DNA of 64,000 nucleotides from the NCBI RefSeq assembly GCF_009914755.1, contig NC_060945.1; one strand, 5' to 3'. The position numbers were made by a program, and so were the translations under genes. This DNA is from the human T2T-CHM13v2.0 reference genome, Homo sapiens. Positions within the stretch are counted from its first letter, which is position 1. Every line of letters starts with the position of its first letter. This document shows, piece by piece, positions 17,961-29,723 of this stretch. Below the pieces are notes generated by a model that did no database searches, was not told the origin of the DNA, and worked only from the letters and a program-made list of their open reading frames with translations.

Positions 17961-18245
17961 ACTTGGCTCCAGGCGTGTGTTTGATAGTATTATTCTATGA
18001 TATTTCCCTCATCTCCATAGAATACCAGCTTCTGAATCCTCAATCAGCCTTTACTGCAAGAAGAAAAGAAAAACCTCTCTCATTCCAGGTCTGTGGTGCA
18101 GATGGGAAGAGTATAGTCAAAACCCATTAAGGCCTTAGTCAAATGCCAGCCGAATTAGAACGCAATGAACGTTAGACAAAACAACCCAACTGGCCAGGCG
18201 GGGGAGGCGCAGAGCGTATAAATATAAAGTTAGATACTTATAAAG

Positions 18246-18263
18246 AATAAAGACTCTAATAAA
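18246..18263 (+). terminator. Two canonical AATAAA poly(A) signals in an AT-rich island (candidate distal ABCG1 3' end)
   Basis: aataaa at 18246 and 18258; usage inferred, not shown. Confidence 0.45.
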
Positions 18264-21200
18264 ATATTTTATATAAAACTTTTTACCTGTGTTCAGCGTC
18301 AGATGCTTCAAGTGATTGGCTTTGCATTCTCCTAAGTCGATGGATTCTTAGGCTGTGTCTAGAATGCGTTTGTTGTCCCTCTGGGAAGAGCACTGATTTG
18401 TCACTCATGTTCTGGTCCAAGACGTGGCTGTAGATGAGCCCTTTCTCGATGATGTTCATGTATTATGTTGAATTGTCTTAAAGTTTTGTGTTTTCTGTTC
18501 TCCCAGAATCCTCACCCATGTCCTCCTGCCTCGTGATGTTGGCCATGACCTCGAAATGTGCCTGGAGGAGGCTCGCGGCAGGGCTAGCAGGAGGGCACTG
18601 GGCCACACCTTCCCTTTGGTCCTCTCCACCCTTGCAGGGGCTCCCTCAACCGGGGCTCTGGGGCGGTAGCTCTGGCAGGGCGACGTCGCTTCTTCCTTAC
18701 TCTGCTTTGCTGGAAACCCATCTCCCAGGCTGAGCTCTGTAGAGGCAGCTGCTAGTGGGGAAGGCAGCCCCTCTAGAGGTTTTGGTCCCAAAGTTGAGGT
18801 GAGCAGGGCCTAGCAGTTGCTCAGTGTTATGTGCTGCATTAGCCCATGGTTCCCCGAGCTCCGGCCAGGCAGTGACCCTCAGAGTGAAGACTTTCCGGGA
18901 CACCAGTGGCTTAGAACTGGGCTTTCAAATCCAGCTTCCCTCCCACCTCTGGGACACAGAGCAGAGAGCCGGGCTGGGTGAGGTCACAGAATCGGCCCGC
19001 AGTGGCCCCTGCACTCCTCCTATGGCGGGCAGGCACAATCGAAGGCTGCCCCAGGCGTGCACACAAGCTCGCGATGCACAGTTTTCTTCCCCCCTCGGTA
19101 ACCCCAGCCTTTCTGGACGGCCCGGCCGCCCTGGGTCCCAGTAATGTTAAAGTCACGGTCCTTTCCAAGCCACTGTACTTGGGCTGTCCCGTCAGGGAGG
19201 TTCCTCCAAGATAATTGCCCCCTGCAAAGACAGGGGCTTCTGATGTCCACTTGTGGGGCTGACCTTTTTGGGGAACCTCCCTGGGACCAGAAGCAGGGAA
19301 GAAATAAGAGACCCTGCACCCCCATGGCACAGTCTAATTTTCACTTACAAGCTCAATTCAGGCTGTCCTTAAAATCCACGTGTCCTGGGCAGGAAGGAAA
19401 TGTGGGGACAGGCACACACGCACATCCTTCTGCTATGCTGACCTAAAGTTCCTAATAGCTATCCTACATCCTGCCCGTTTCTTTTTTCCATATTTGAGGA
19501 AACAGAAGGGTTTAGCCTTAGCCTAGTTTTTTATGTTATCTCTGAACAGGCCAACCTGGAATCACCCCTCACACAGACACGTGTGGCCTGCCCCAGTGTG
19601 CCTGAGGCCCACCCAGGAACCCTGCTTTGCCTGGGGTTTATGTGAATGACACACATGTGAGCAGAGGCTGGGGTTAGGACCCTGAGGCTTCCCTGTTCTC
19701 AGAAATACTCTCCTGGCATCAAAAGGAGAAAACGGTCCATGCCACTGGCTACCACATTCCAGCCTGGCAAGGGTTTACTGTTTATAGAGGCACCGTTTGG
19801 GGGCTTTTCCATGTAGAATGGCCGTTGTAAAGCTGAAGAGAAAGGAACAGAAGCACAAAAGCACCTTGATTCTTCGCAAACACAGGCAGGGGCTGCCGGC
19901 TGGACGAGGGCGCTGCATTTTGAGGGCGTGCTGGACCCGCTGGCAGAGCCCGCCCTGAGGGTTTTCTCTGCAGCTGTGGGCTAAGCTTGCCCAAGCCCCT
20001 CCCCTTTTCCAGAAAGCCACCCCCATGGCCACTTGCCTTTCAGGTCCAGGTTGAGGACACAGCCACGGGCATATATGTATTTGTTTCACTGGGGTTCATG
20101 GTTCTGGGGACAGTCTTCTAGCCCCCGAGATCTTGGGAAAGGCATGAGCTCAAGCCACATAACCAAAAAGTAGCAAAACTCAAAATTATTACTTTACTTT
20201 CAGCTGTTTTCTCTCAATAGCGCGCCACCATCGTCTGTGTGTCTGCACTGAACAAACATACGAGAGAATCTGGCTGATCACTTTGAGTGCCTTTGGCCTA
20301 AACTTTGCACATGACTTTAAACGTGGCCCTGATACTGCACACAGTAAGAAATGTTTTTTATTTTATGGTCCCTGAGGTTACGAGATCAGATCTCTGGAAA
20401 TGTGTAAGCCACCTGCTGTCACCTCTGACCCATGTGGTCCATTACCATGAGGGCCGGTGAGTGGGGCAGAGATGCTGAGGCCTGGCTGGTGAGCCCCCGA
20501 GCAGTGAGGCAGGACCCTCCCTGGTGACCTGTGTGGGGGCCAGTCCTCTAGTCCCCCAGACAAATCTCCCTTTAAGGAGGCTTCTGAAGCTCTGAGTGCC
20601 GGCGCTCAGAATTAATTTGACTCTTCACTGCTCACTGCACCTGCCTATAAGCCTCTAGAAAACAGCTTGCCCAATGAGAGTGCTGCAGCTGAGGCAGCAG
20701 CAGACATGTCCATTTCTGGGGAAGTTACTCAAACAATCGTGCCTCTTAGGGGGCCCTAATGTGCCCCTTCTGGCAGGTTGAAATGCATCTGGCCTTGAAG
20801 GGGAAGGTTAGGAAATTATGAAGTACGTGGGTTTAGGGTTGACAACCCCATATCCATGGACTCCTGGAGATCCCTGAACGCCGTCTAATCTGAATGGTAC
20901 CACAATTTGGTTTGTCTGAAAATATAGTAGTAACCACGGCAGTGATTTCATTTTTACACGTTTGCATTTTTACATGTCTGTCATTATGCATCTTGGGGTC
21001 TCTTTTCCATGACCTACCAGCTTCCCAAGCTTAATAATCAGTATCTCACTATTATGTCATTGGCCAACTGAAAACAGTAGCAAAACATCCTATCATCCAA
21101 ATTGCTAATAAAATAGAACACCACACCCACACGCTGGCTTCCCATTTTTATAGTCTTATCCTCCCACCTGGAGGGTGTGAATGGGGATCAGTTTTTCAAT

Positions 21201-21841
21201 AGAACATGTATGTTTGGTAAGTTAATATGTGTAGCTGACCCCTTTGCCTTTGTTTTTATATATTTATGTTTTTCTATTGTAGACATATTGATGCAATACC
21301 TGTTCATAGTTGAATCTGTTACAAATTGTTACCTTTTATTTGATGAAGAACTATTTAAAGATTTTCCTTTTTTATTTCTTCTAAAGCAAAAGTCAATGCA
21401 AGTAACTCTAATCAGCGTGCAAAGGCGTGCATATATATCTGCTATGTAATTATATAATGTTTTTATAATGCTGTGTGGATAACTTTTCACTGATTTAGTT
21501 ACTTGACTGTAGGAAACACTGTTGCTTTGCACGCTGTGAGAGGTTTGCACTGTTACAGATGAAGGCAACATATTTACATATGTACATGTATATACATATA
21601 TATATATTCAAAAATAACATCGGCTCTTTGGGGTGTCTGTTTCCTTGGTTGTCTCACGCCACTGGAACATTGAACCCAGACAGACCCTAGGATGTGAGGT
21701 TCCTGACTGCACCTTACAGACCACAGAGCCACGTGTCTATTTCTGTAGACCTATCTCCTTAGATTTGTACATGCATTTTTTGCGGACTTGAACTTTGTTT
21801 TCTGAAATTAGATGCCATTTATGATGATGTGATGTCAATCA

Positions 21842-21847
21842 AATAAA
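21842..21847 (+). terminator. Canonical AATAAA with downstream U-rich tract (candidate far-distal 3' end)
   Basis: aataaa followed by ttctgcttctctttccttttgcttt; upstream 700 bp is AU-rich with several TGTA motifs. Confidence 0.45.
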
Positions 21848-22838
21848 GCATCATTATTTTCAGATTTCTGCTTCTCTTTCCTTTTGCTTTCAACAGCCCC
21901 AGCTCTCAGACCTGCTGGGGGAGTCGCGTCTGGTAGAGCATCTAGTATTTTCTCCCTACCTGCCCTTGCTCTCAATGGAGCACTTCTCTCTTCAGTGTCA
22001 GGATGGATTCCAGTGAGGAAGACAAATAAGAGTGATGGTAAGGAAGCCTGTAGCTCCAGACTCCATGGAGCACCATGTGGTGGCACAGTACCCTACCTTT
22101 CCATGCGCAATCTCATCAAACCGTCGTCATCAGAGCTGGAGAGCCGCAACTGGCCCCATTTTTCAGGTTAAAAACACCGAGGCTCAGGGATATTACACAA
22201 CTTGCCAAAGCCACAGAGCTGGTCGGTGGTGCACGCAGAAGTGAGACCCTGGCCATCCAGGCAGGGCTCCTGGCCACTCCATGGCTCTCCCTTCCTCCGG
22301 GAGAGGCATTTAGGATTTGAGACCACACAGGAGGAGAATCCACGTTGTGCAGGAAGTGGTGTGGCAGGTCTGACCCTCATGACCAGTGGAAACTTCTCCT
22401 CCCAGACACTTGGCTGAGGGGTGAGATGATGTGCCAACATCTCCAGGGATCGGCCTGGAGGTCCTTGTGCTGTCAAGACCCCTTGTGAGTCAGCACTGGG
22501 GCCTGGGTCCAGATGTCATCTGGGATCATCACCTGGGACATGGCCCTACTGGGCCCTACTTGTAGGCGAGGAGGAAGGTGTGCATGTGTGGGTAGGAACG
22601 AGACAGTGCAAAAAGCCGCTGCCTGGTGACCTGGCATGCAGACTCGGCCCTCCCACTTGCACGGTGATCCACTGAAGACAACAGCTGCCTCTGTACTCAC
22701 GCTCCCCCACACTCCCCTCCTTCCTGCCCTGGTTTCTCCATCCCTAGATGCCATCCCATGCCCCAAACCATCCGCCAAGCACAATAACCTCGCCCCCACC
22801 CACCCCATGAGGTCACTCGAGTTGACAACCAGATAACA

Positions 22839-23160
<322 letters not shown>

Positions 23161-23327
23161 AATAGCAATTTGATGACCCATCCCCTCCACTGCTGGGAAA
23201 AGGCTGGGCACCGCCCACACTCCATGCAGCTCTCTTTCCCTGGCTCGGAATCGCTGCAGGCGCCACAGACCAGACGCGCACTGTTCCCCACTCCTGCTTA
23301 TCGGCCGCGCGGCATCCCCTTGTCGCA

Positions 23328-23726
23328 GCACTCCAGCATCCATGCAGCCGCGCGGCACCCCGTCTTCGGAGCACTCCAGAATCCATGCAGAGCGCAGCAC
23401 CCCACATCCAGAGCGCTCCAGAATCCATGAAGCACGCGGCACCCCCTCGTCAGAGTGCTCCAGAATCCATGAAGTGCGCAGCACCCCTTAATCGGAGCGC
23501 TCTAGAACCCGTGCAGCGAGCAGCACCCCACACCCGGAGCGCTCCAGAATCCATGAAGCCAGCAGCACCCCACACCCGGAGTGCTCCAGAATCCACGCAG
23601 CACGTGGCATCTCCTCGTCATAGCGTTCTAGAATCCATGCAGCGAGCAGTACCCCACACCGGGAGCGCTCCAGAATCCACGCAGCGTCTGGCACATCTTT
23701 ATCAGAGCGCTCCAGAGTCCATGCAG
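23328..23726. repeat. CpG-rich minisatellite, 42-bp unit, 10 copies
   Basis: unit starts at 23328, 23371, 23413, 23455, 23497, 23539, 23581, 23623, 23665 and 23707; core gcgctccagaatccatgcag. Confidence 0.95.
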
Positions 23727-25039
23727 CCACAGTCCTCCAACGGACCCTGAGATTGTTTCTGCAAAAGGCCATGCCTTCATAAATCTGAAAATTTGGAAAA
23801 CATCCTTCTACTTATATCCTTACAACCCACCATTCAAGCTGTAGAAGCCTTTCTGGAACTCCAAGCAGAAGGATATCCAAAATGTAAAAACGGTGGGGCC
23901 TGCAATCCCACGGAGCACCCCCCACTCTCACGGTGCCCAGGTCGTCCCACTCAGCACGGACATTCTGCCTCCAGCCCTGGGGCCTCCGGGTTATACCCAA
24001 AAGAGGTGACTCTTGGGGACGTAAGGTGCGTGGGGTGCCATGAACCCTCCCAAGGCTGCAGCCTCTTGGGCAAGGAGTCCACAGTGCTGTTGCCAGCCAA
24101 ATTGGCTGCACCCCTGCACGAGGGGGCTGATCTTCCCCACACCACCACTGTGGCTGGCATCGCAGTAGGTACCACTTGTTAACAACCTCGTTCTACAGAG
24201 AGATGGTGAAGCCAGACGCAGGTAAACCTGTGGCAGGGCACTCTTCCTGAAGAACCAACAGATCCCCTCAGGCCCGCCCCGCTGTTTTATTTCCCTTCTC
24301 TGCCCTTTCCCCGGTGCAAGCAGCTGTTGGTCTGTGCTTCCTGCTGCTCTGCTCTGCAGATACTAACGAAGCCACAACCAGGGGGCCGGGTGGTCACAGC
24401 AGGGACCACAGCTGGGCAACCTATAATCTCTGTGACGCTGGGAGCTCTGGGACCTCATTTTTCCTAATGTCCCCATCTGTAAATAGCCAGGTTGCCATGT
24501 TGAGAGCAGGTGTCAGAGGGAAATGGGATCTCGCCACACTGCAGGACTGAGACAATTCCTCTGGTTGGTGAGGGCTGGGCCTAGGATGGGAGGCTCAGAG
24601 CAGTGAATGAATGGATGTGGTGTTGGATGCTTCCTCCAGGAGGCCTGCCCGCCTGCCCCTGTGGAGGACAGAGGCCAGGGAGACAGGTCAGTGGGATGGG
24701 GGAGCAGAGGGAGTCGGTTGCACCCCACAAAACCCAAGAGGGAAAGGCTGCAGTGTTCAGGCCAACAGGGACAAAGACAGCTGCACAGCGAGAAGCAGCA
24801 AATGATTCCTGTGCCTGAGTGTGGTCTTGGAATGGCAGAGAGAACCCTTGAGCCTGGGAGCCACCTGGAAGGGAACAAGGCCGTCTGGCAGCCACCTGGC
24901 AGGACCCATGGCATTGAAGATCAGATGTGCCAGCCACACCTTGGTGCTCGGTATGCCCTTGGAAATAAACTCTCAGTTCTCAGGGCAAAAAGGCTTTGTC
25001 TAAATGGGCAAATCAACAGAGGTATCAGCACATGTACAG

Positions 25040-25386
25040 ATGTGTGCTTAATCAAGATATTATTCCCATGCCATAGAATTCACTTTTTTAAAGTGTTCGT
25101 CTCAGGGGGTTTTAGTATTGTTTTAGTAAAGTGTACGATTTGGTGGTTTTTAGTATCTAATATTGCACAGAATTGTGCAGCCAGTATCATATGCCACTCC
25201 AGAACATTTCCATCACCCCAAAAGGAAACCCCTTCCCCATGAACAGCCACTCCCCATCCCTCCCCCTACCCAGCAACCACTGAAACACTGTCTGTCTCTG
25301 TGGGTTTCCCTATTCTGCACATTTCATATAAATGGAATCACACAACACATGGCTTTTTGTGATCGGCTTCTTTCACTTAGCATAAA
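25040..25386 (-). mobile_element. Old L1 (L1M) 3'-end fragment
   Basis: ccagaacatttccatcaccccaaaaggaaacc...acatttcatataaatggaatca...ctttcacttagcataa. Confidence 0.8.
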
Positions 25387-26547
25387 ACACACTTCAGTTT
25401 TGAAAACAAAATAAAACCTAAGGAAGAAAGGGAGCATGAACTCTAAATGCAGTAGAAAACTATGGCCGACCAAGGGGATGCGGCTCTGACCTCACAGGGG
25501 AATGAGCTTTCTCAGCCTGCACCTTGCTTCTGCAGCTGTCGGCAACCCTCTGATACAGCCATTATAATTGTCCCATTTTGCTGATAGGAACTTTGAAGCC
25601 CCAGGGCTCTCTAACTCTTTCCAATACATGACAGTGCCTCTCGAGCCCCCAAGAAGGAGGACTGAGGGGAGAATTTCCAGCCTCCACAGCTGTGTCACAG
25701 CCCAGGGCCCTGCAGGGCCTCAGAGCAAAAACCTAGTGAGCAGGGAGGCTTCTTGGCCACTGGAGATGCACCTACCACTCAGCTGTCCCTCAGAGACGAC
25801 CTGCTGCAGGGACCCAGGTCACCGACAGCCCCGCATCCAGCATGACATCCACGCCAGGCCCACTTCCCTGAGGCTGCTCCCAACCAGGGCATTCCCACCA
25901 GACACAGGGTCCCTCGAGGGGCACTCTGCTTTGGGGACTCCCCATCAGCCTGCGGGAGGCTCTTCCTCCCCAGTCCTTCCCCCACTCATTTCGGAGGCAA
26001 GAACTCCCCAGTACGTCTGCTACTTATGGAAGCCCACATGGGTGTCTCAGCTTGAAGCCAAAATTCTCGCCATTGGAAATTATGAATCCTTGGAATACAG
26101 TGATGAATACAAGTGAATATCCAATGTATTATGGAACAATGTAGAGCTTTCTAGCAGACTCCAGAGGAACTGTGGAAAATGAGAAGTGCCACAGCCGCAC
26201 CCTTCACCACCAACTCAAGAGGAGGGGGAAGGCATGGGCATGGCACGGAAAACCATCATGGGGTGTAACGGCTGCAGCGTGGGGAGAAGCCTAGCGTTTC
26301 TCTCCCCTTTCCAACAGCAGCACACGCCAGCAGCGAGGGAGCCCAGCCATGTTCTGGCTTCTTCTGGCAATCAAAGTGTTCATTCTGGAAGGCTCTGGAA
26401 ACATGGACCATTTCCAAGTTAGTGATGAAGGTATTTGACATAAAAATGGTTCCTGGGTCCTATGGGTCACAATTCATTATTTGAATTCGCCGTGAGCCGC
26501 TGATGGATGTCGGTTTCAGATGTGCCCAGACCAGGAGGTGGGAAGGC

Positions 26548-26561
26548 CCAGCAGGTGGCGT
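26548..26561 (+). promoter_or_regulatory. CTCF core motif
   Basis: CCAGCAGGTGGCGT versus consensus CCASYAGRKGGCRS (13/14). Confidence 0.5.
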
Positions 26562-27308
26562 TGAGGCCACCTGGGCTCTGGACAGCTGTTGTCAACTGAT
26601 GCCCAGTGCTGGAAATTAAATATGCACGAGGCCTTATGAAAATATAAGAAATAAAAGGAGAGTAATGTTCAGTACATTCCTATTCAGTGCACCATGCTCC
26701 CCATGTCCACACCAGAGGACGGGATGAAGGAGTCCGGGGCTTGAATCCCCCTGGATGGGCCACCCGAGGAACACAGGCAGCCCTGGCACTGACATGCTTG
26801 AAATGAACGACTCAGCTAACGCTGCAAACCAAACAAATGCAGTGTCTTCTTGATTTACATGACATACCCTCCTGGAGAATTCAGGTATGTTCAAGCCATT
26901 TGAAACAACAAACAACAACCAAAACAACTGTGTTAAAATGTAACACAGAAGTAGTCTCTGGGTTTCGATCGCCGTGAATAGGTTTGCAGCCACCATGTGT
27001 GTCCAACAGGACGCCAGGACGTCTATCGGGTGGAGGCAGTGGTCTGTTCAGGACACCTGGGGACACCACAGGGTCCTGCCATGTCTGGCCTGTGTCCACT
27101 CAATGCCCCCTTTCATACGATTCATAAACGTGCCCACAGATTCCCGAACATCCCCGTGGCAGCAGCCTCCACTGGGAACCCTCGGCTTAGATCATGTGTC
27201 CTGGGTCCCAGATCCTCCTCACCAACAGGAAGCCCAGGGTCATTCTGGGGCTGCGTATCTTAATTTGTATCTAGAAGGGGCAGGGCACAGCTGTGATTGG
27301 TGGCGAGC

Positions 27309-27341
27309 CGCAGTGACTCCAGCAGTCAGTAGAGGGCGCTG
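27309..27341 (+). promoter_or_regulatory. CTCF core motif with an upstream GCAGT module
   Basis: TCAGTAGAGGGCGC at 27326-27339 (13/14), preceded by cGCAGTgac. Confidence 0.5.
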
Positions 27342-28790
27342 TTCGGTCGCTTTGTGGTTTGGACCAGGTTTCCGTTCTGCCGTCGGGCTGGGGGGTGGGT
27401 GGGCTGCTTTTGGGTCCTGCTCCCCCATTGGTGTCTGTGATCTCTTATGAGAATGTCACAGCCCCCAGGTGGGTGCTGTCAGGGGCGTTGCGCTCTTTCT
27501 CATAGCATAAACCCTACCCGGGGTTCTGAGAGCCCCCCGACCATGCCTGGGGCTCGCGAGGAAGGCAGGGAGCTTCCAAGGTCCCCATAGCAACCGAAGT
27601 CGAAGCGAGGGAGAGGCAGAGACGGTCGGAGGCAGGACACGGGAGACAGAGAAAGACGGGGGTCCAGTCCAGCTCATTCCAGGACCCCAGCCCTCCTCAG
27701 CCCCTTTCCTTTCCTCACTGGGGTCTGCCCTGCACAGCTGGATTATGGGGAGTCTCTGTCCTGCCGGTTGTTGCCAGCAGATCTCTCCATCTGATGCTAT
27801 TTCATTTGATGGAAGCAACCTCGATCCAGCCCACACGGGCAGCAGGAGTCAATGGTGAAGCTTCTAGAATGTGCACGAAGCATTGTCCTGTCTGAGGAAG
27901 GCACAGGCTCAGGCTGGAGACAGGGAGCAGCTCTGTGGTGGGTGAAGGAGGAGTCCCACCTGGCTCAAGTTCTGGGGGAGCCCTCCCTCTCAGGGCACAG
28001 TGGGAAGTCTGGGCCGGGGGGACCACAGTGCAGGAGGTGTCTGCAGTGACTGCAGAAGGCAATGCCAGGAACGGCGGGGTGGGGCAAGTCAAGAAATTCT
28101 TTGGAAATGTAGGTGGGCGGTGCCCATGAATGAGGCAAGGAGGCAGCAGAGCCCTGTCCCGGGGGACAGGGCACCAGGTGGGGTAGGAGGAAAACGGAGC
28201 TGGTCATCCAGCTGGTGGCAGGGTGGCCTGAGGCTGAGGCCAGGGCCTGGGGCCAACCTTTCCATCCCTCCAGCCCTCAAAGGCTGGGCATGGTCTGTGA
28301 GGGAGAGGGATGCAGAGCCCCGCCTCGGAGGATGTCCCGGCCAGAGCAGCTCTCAGTAGCAGAGCTCCGGAGCAGGGAGGCCACACTTGGCGTGTGCTCT
28401 GAGGCCCGGGATAGCCCTGGAAGTTTCCCTCCCAGGGCTGGCAGCTGATGCTTCGGGGCATTGGATGGGACACCCAGGGCTTGAGATTTAGAGACCAGGA
28501 CATCCTGACAGTGTCCCCTCTCAGTAGGGGCTTTTGGACAAGCTACTTCAAGAAAGTCTCTTTCCATATCTGTAAGACAAGGGCAATACTACCTCCCTTC
28601 TAGGGATGTTATGAGCTCTAGGGACCAGGCCCCGAGTGCAAGCTCAAAAACAAAAGCTGCTATTTTAAAGGAGCAGTTGTCTCTTTTCAAAAGGGAACAG
28701 ATAGCTCAGAGCAAGAACCCCACCGCTGTGACCGCACTGCAGTGGAATTGTGGATCCGGCCCTAAGAGAGCCCCAGCAGTGGGAGCAGCA

Positions 28791-28868
28791 CAGGAGGCCC
28801 AGGCAGGCAGCGCTCACAGGAGGCCCAGCCAGGCAGCGCTCACAGGAGGCCCAGCCAGGCAGCGCTCA
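28791..28868. repeat. 26-bp tandem repeat, 3 copies
   Basis: caggaggcccag(g/c)caggcagcgctca at 28791, 28817 and 28843. Confidence 0.93.
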
Positions 28869-29119
28869 CTGGCCTTCGTACATCTAAAACCGTCTTGGTG
28901 GGAGCGGAGAGCTGCCGTGTCCCAAGACAGTGCGATGGGGAGAGAACCACACTCAGGTCCAGAAGTGGATAAGGCTTCATGAGGACGTGAGATGGAATCC
29001 CCACTGCCACCAGCTCATTCATTTCCTATAGCTGCATCCATTTTTTTAAAAAAAGAGAAAAGAAGGCCACCCAATGTGTCACAGATGTTTAAACTTAATT
29101 AGCAAACAAATACAAAAAA

Positions 29120-29709
29120 GTGCCTGTTTGTTCATAATGTTTACTGTACAAAGAAACAAAACCCAGGAATAGTACAAGTATTGAACAGTAGCGAGAGTGG
29201 TTGTGAAATAAAGGACCACTTTGGAAGACAGTTTTATTGGCTTGCTGTCTTCACCAAGAAAGACTTGTGATTTTTGAAAACTTCTACCTGAAATGTATTT
29301 TTTCTGCTTTCCCGAGGAAGCGGCACTTACAGTGTTCCTAGGCTTTCCTGTGACGTGGGTGCCAGTCTGGATTCAAAATATCCTTGCATGCACTGCAGCT
29401 CCTTAGGGAGTCTTTTCCTGCCCTTGAGGCCTGGGCAGACTCTCCCCTGACACCCTCCCGCCCTCTCCCACGACGCAGCAGAAATAAAGCACAACCTCAG
29501 AAAGTCTCAGGCACGAAGAACTGTCCTCGGGTGGAGCATGGGACCTTTATTCGTTAAGACATCAGGCTCCAGATATGAACTTTCAGCAGAAGCGCTTGCC
29601 GGGAGCAAAGGGACAGAAAAGCTGAGATGAACAGTGCCTGGCAGCAATCACAGCCGGGCAAGGGTGCTCCGAGCCTCGCATCCCCCGGCCGGGGGCAGCT
29701 GGAGGTGCC
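29120..29709 (-). other. TFF3: TFF3 3' UTR with tandem poly(A) signals
   Basis: minus-strand AATAAA at 29546-29551 and 29233-29238; AGTAAA at 29140-29145 followed by GU/U-rich sequence. Confidence 0.8.
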
Positions 29710-29723
29710 TCAGAAGGTGCATT
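29710..29723 (-). CDS. TFF3: TFF3 exon 3 coding part, (E)CTF*
   Basis: tttgcag|AA TGC ACC TTC TGA on the minus strand. Confidence 0.96.

Noticed and set aside
20870-20895. Short similarity to 5S rRNA (ccctgaacgc...gtctaatct)
   Set aside because: Match too short; no internal promoter boxes or 3' half visible.
23328-23726. CRISPR-like repeat/spacer appearance
   Set aside because: Human DNA, no cas genes, and the variable halves are homologous to each other rather than unique spacers.
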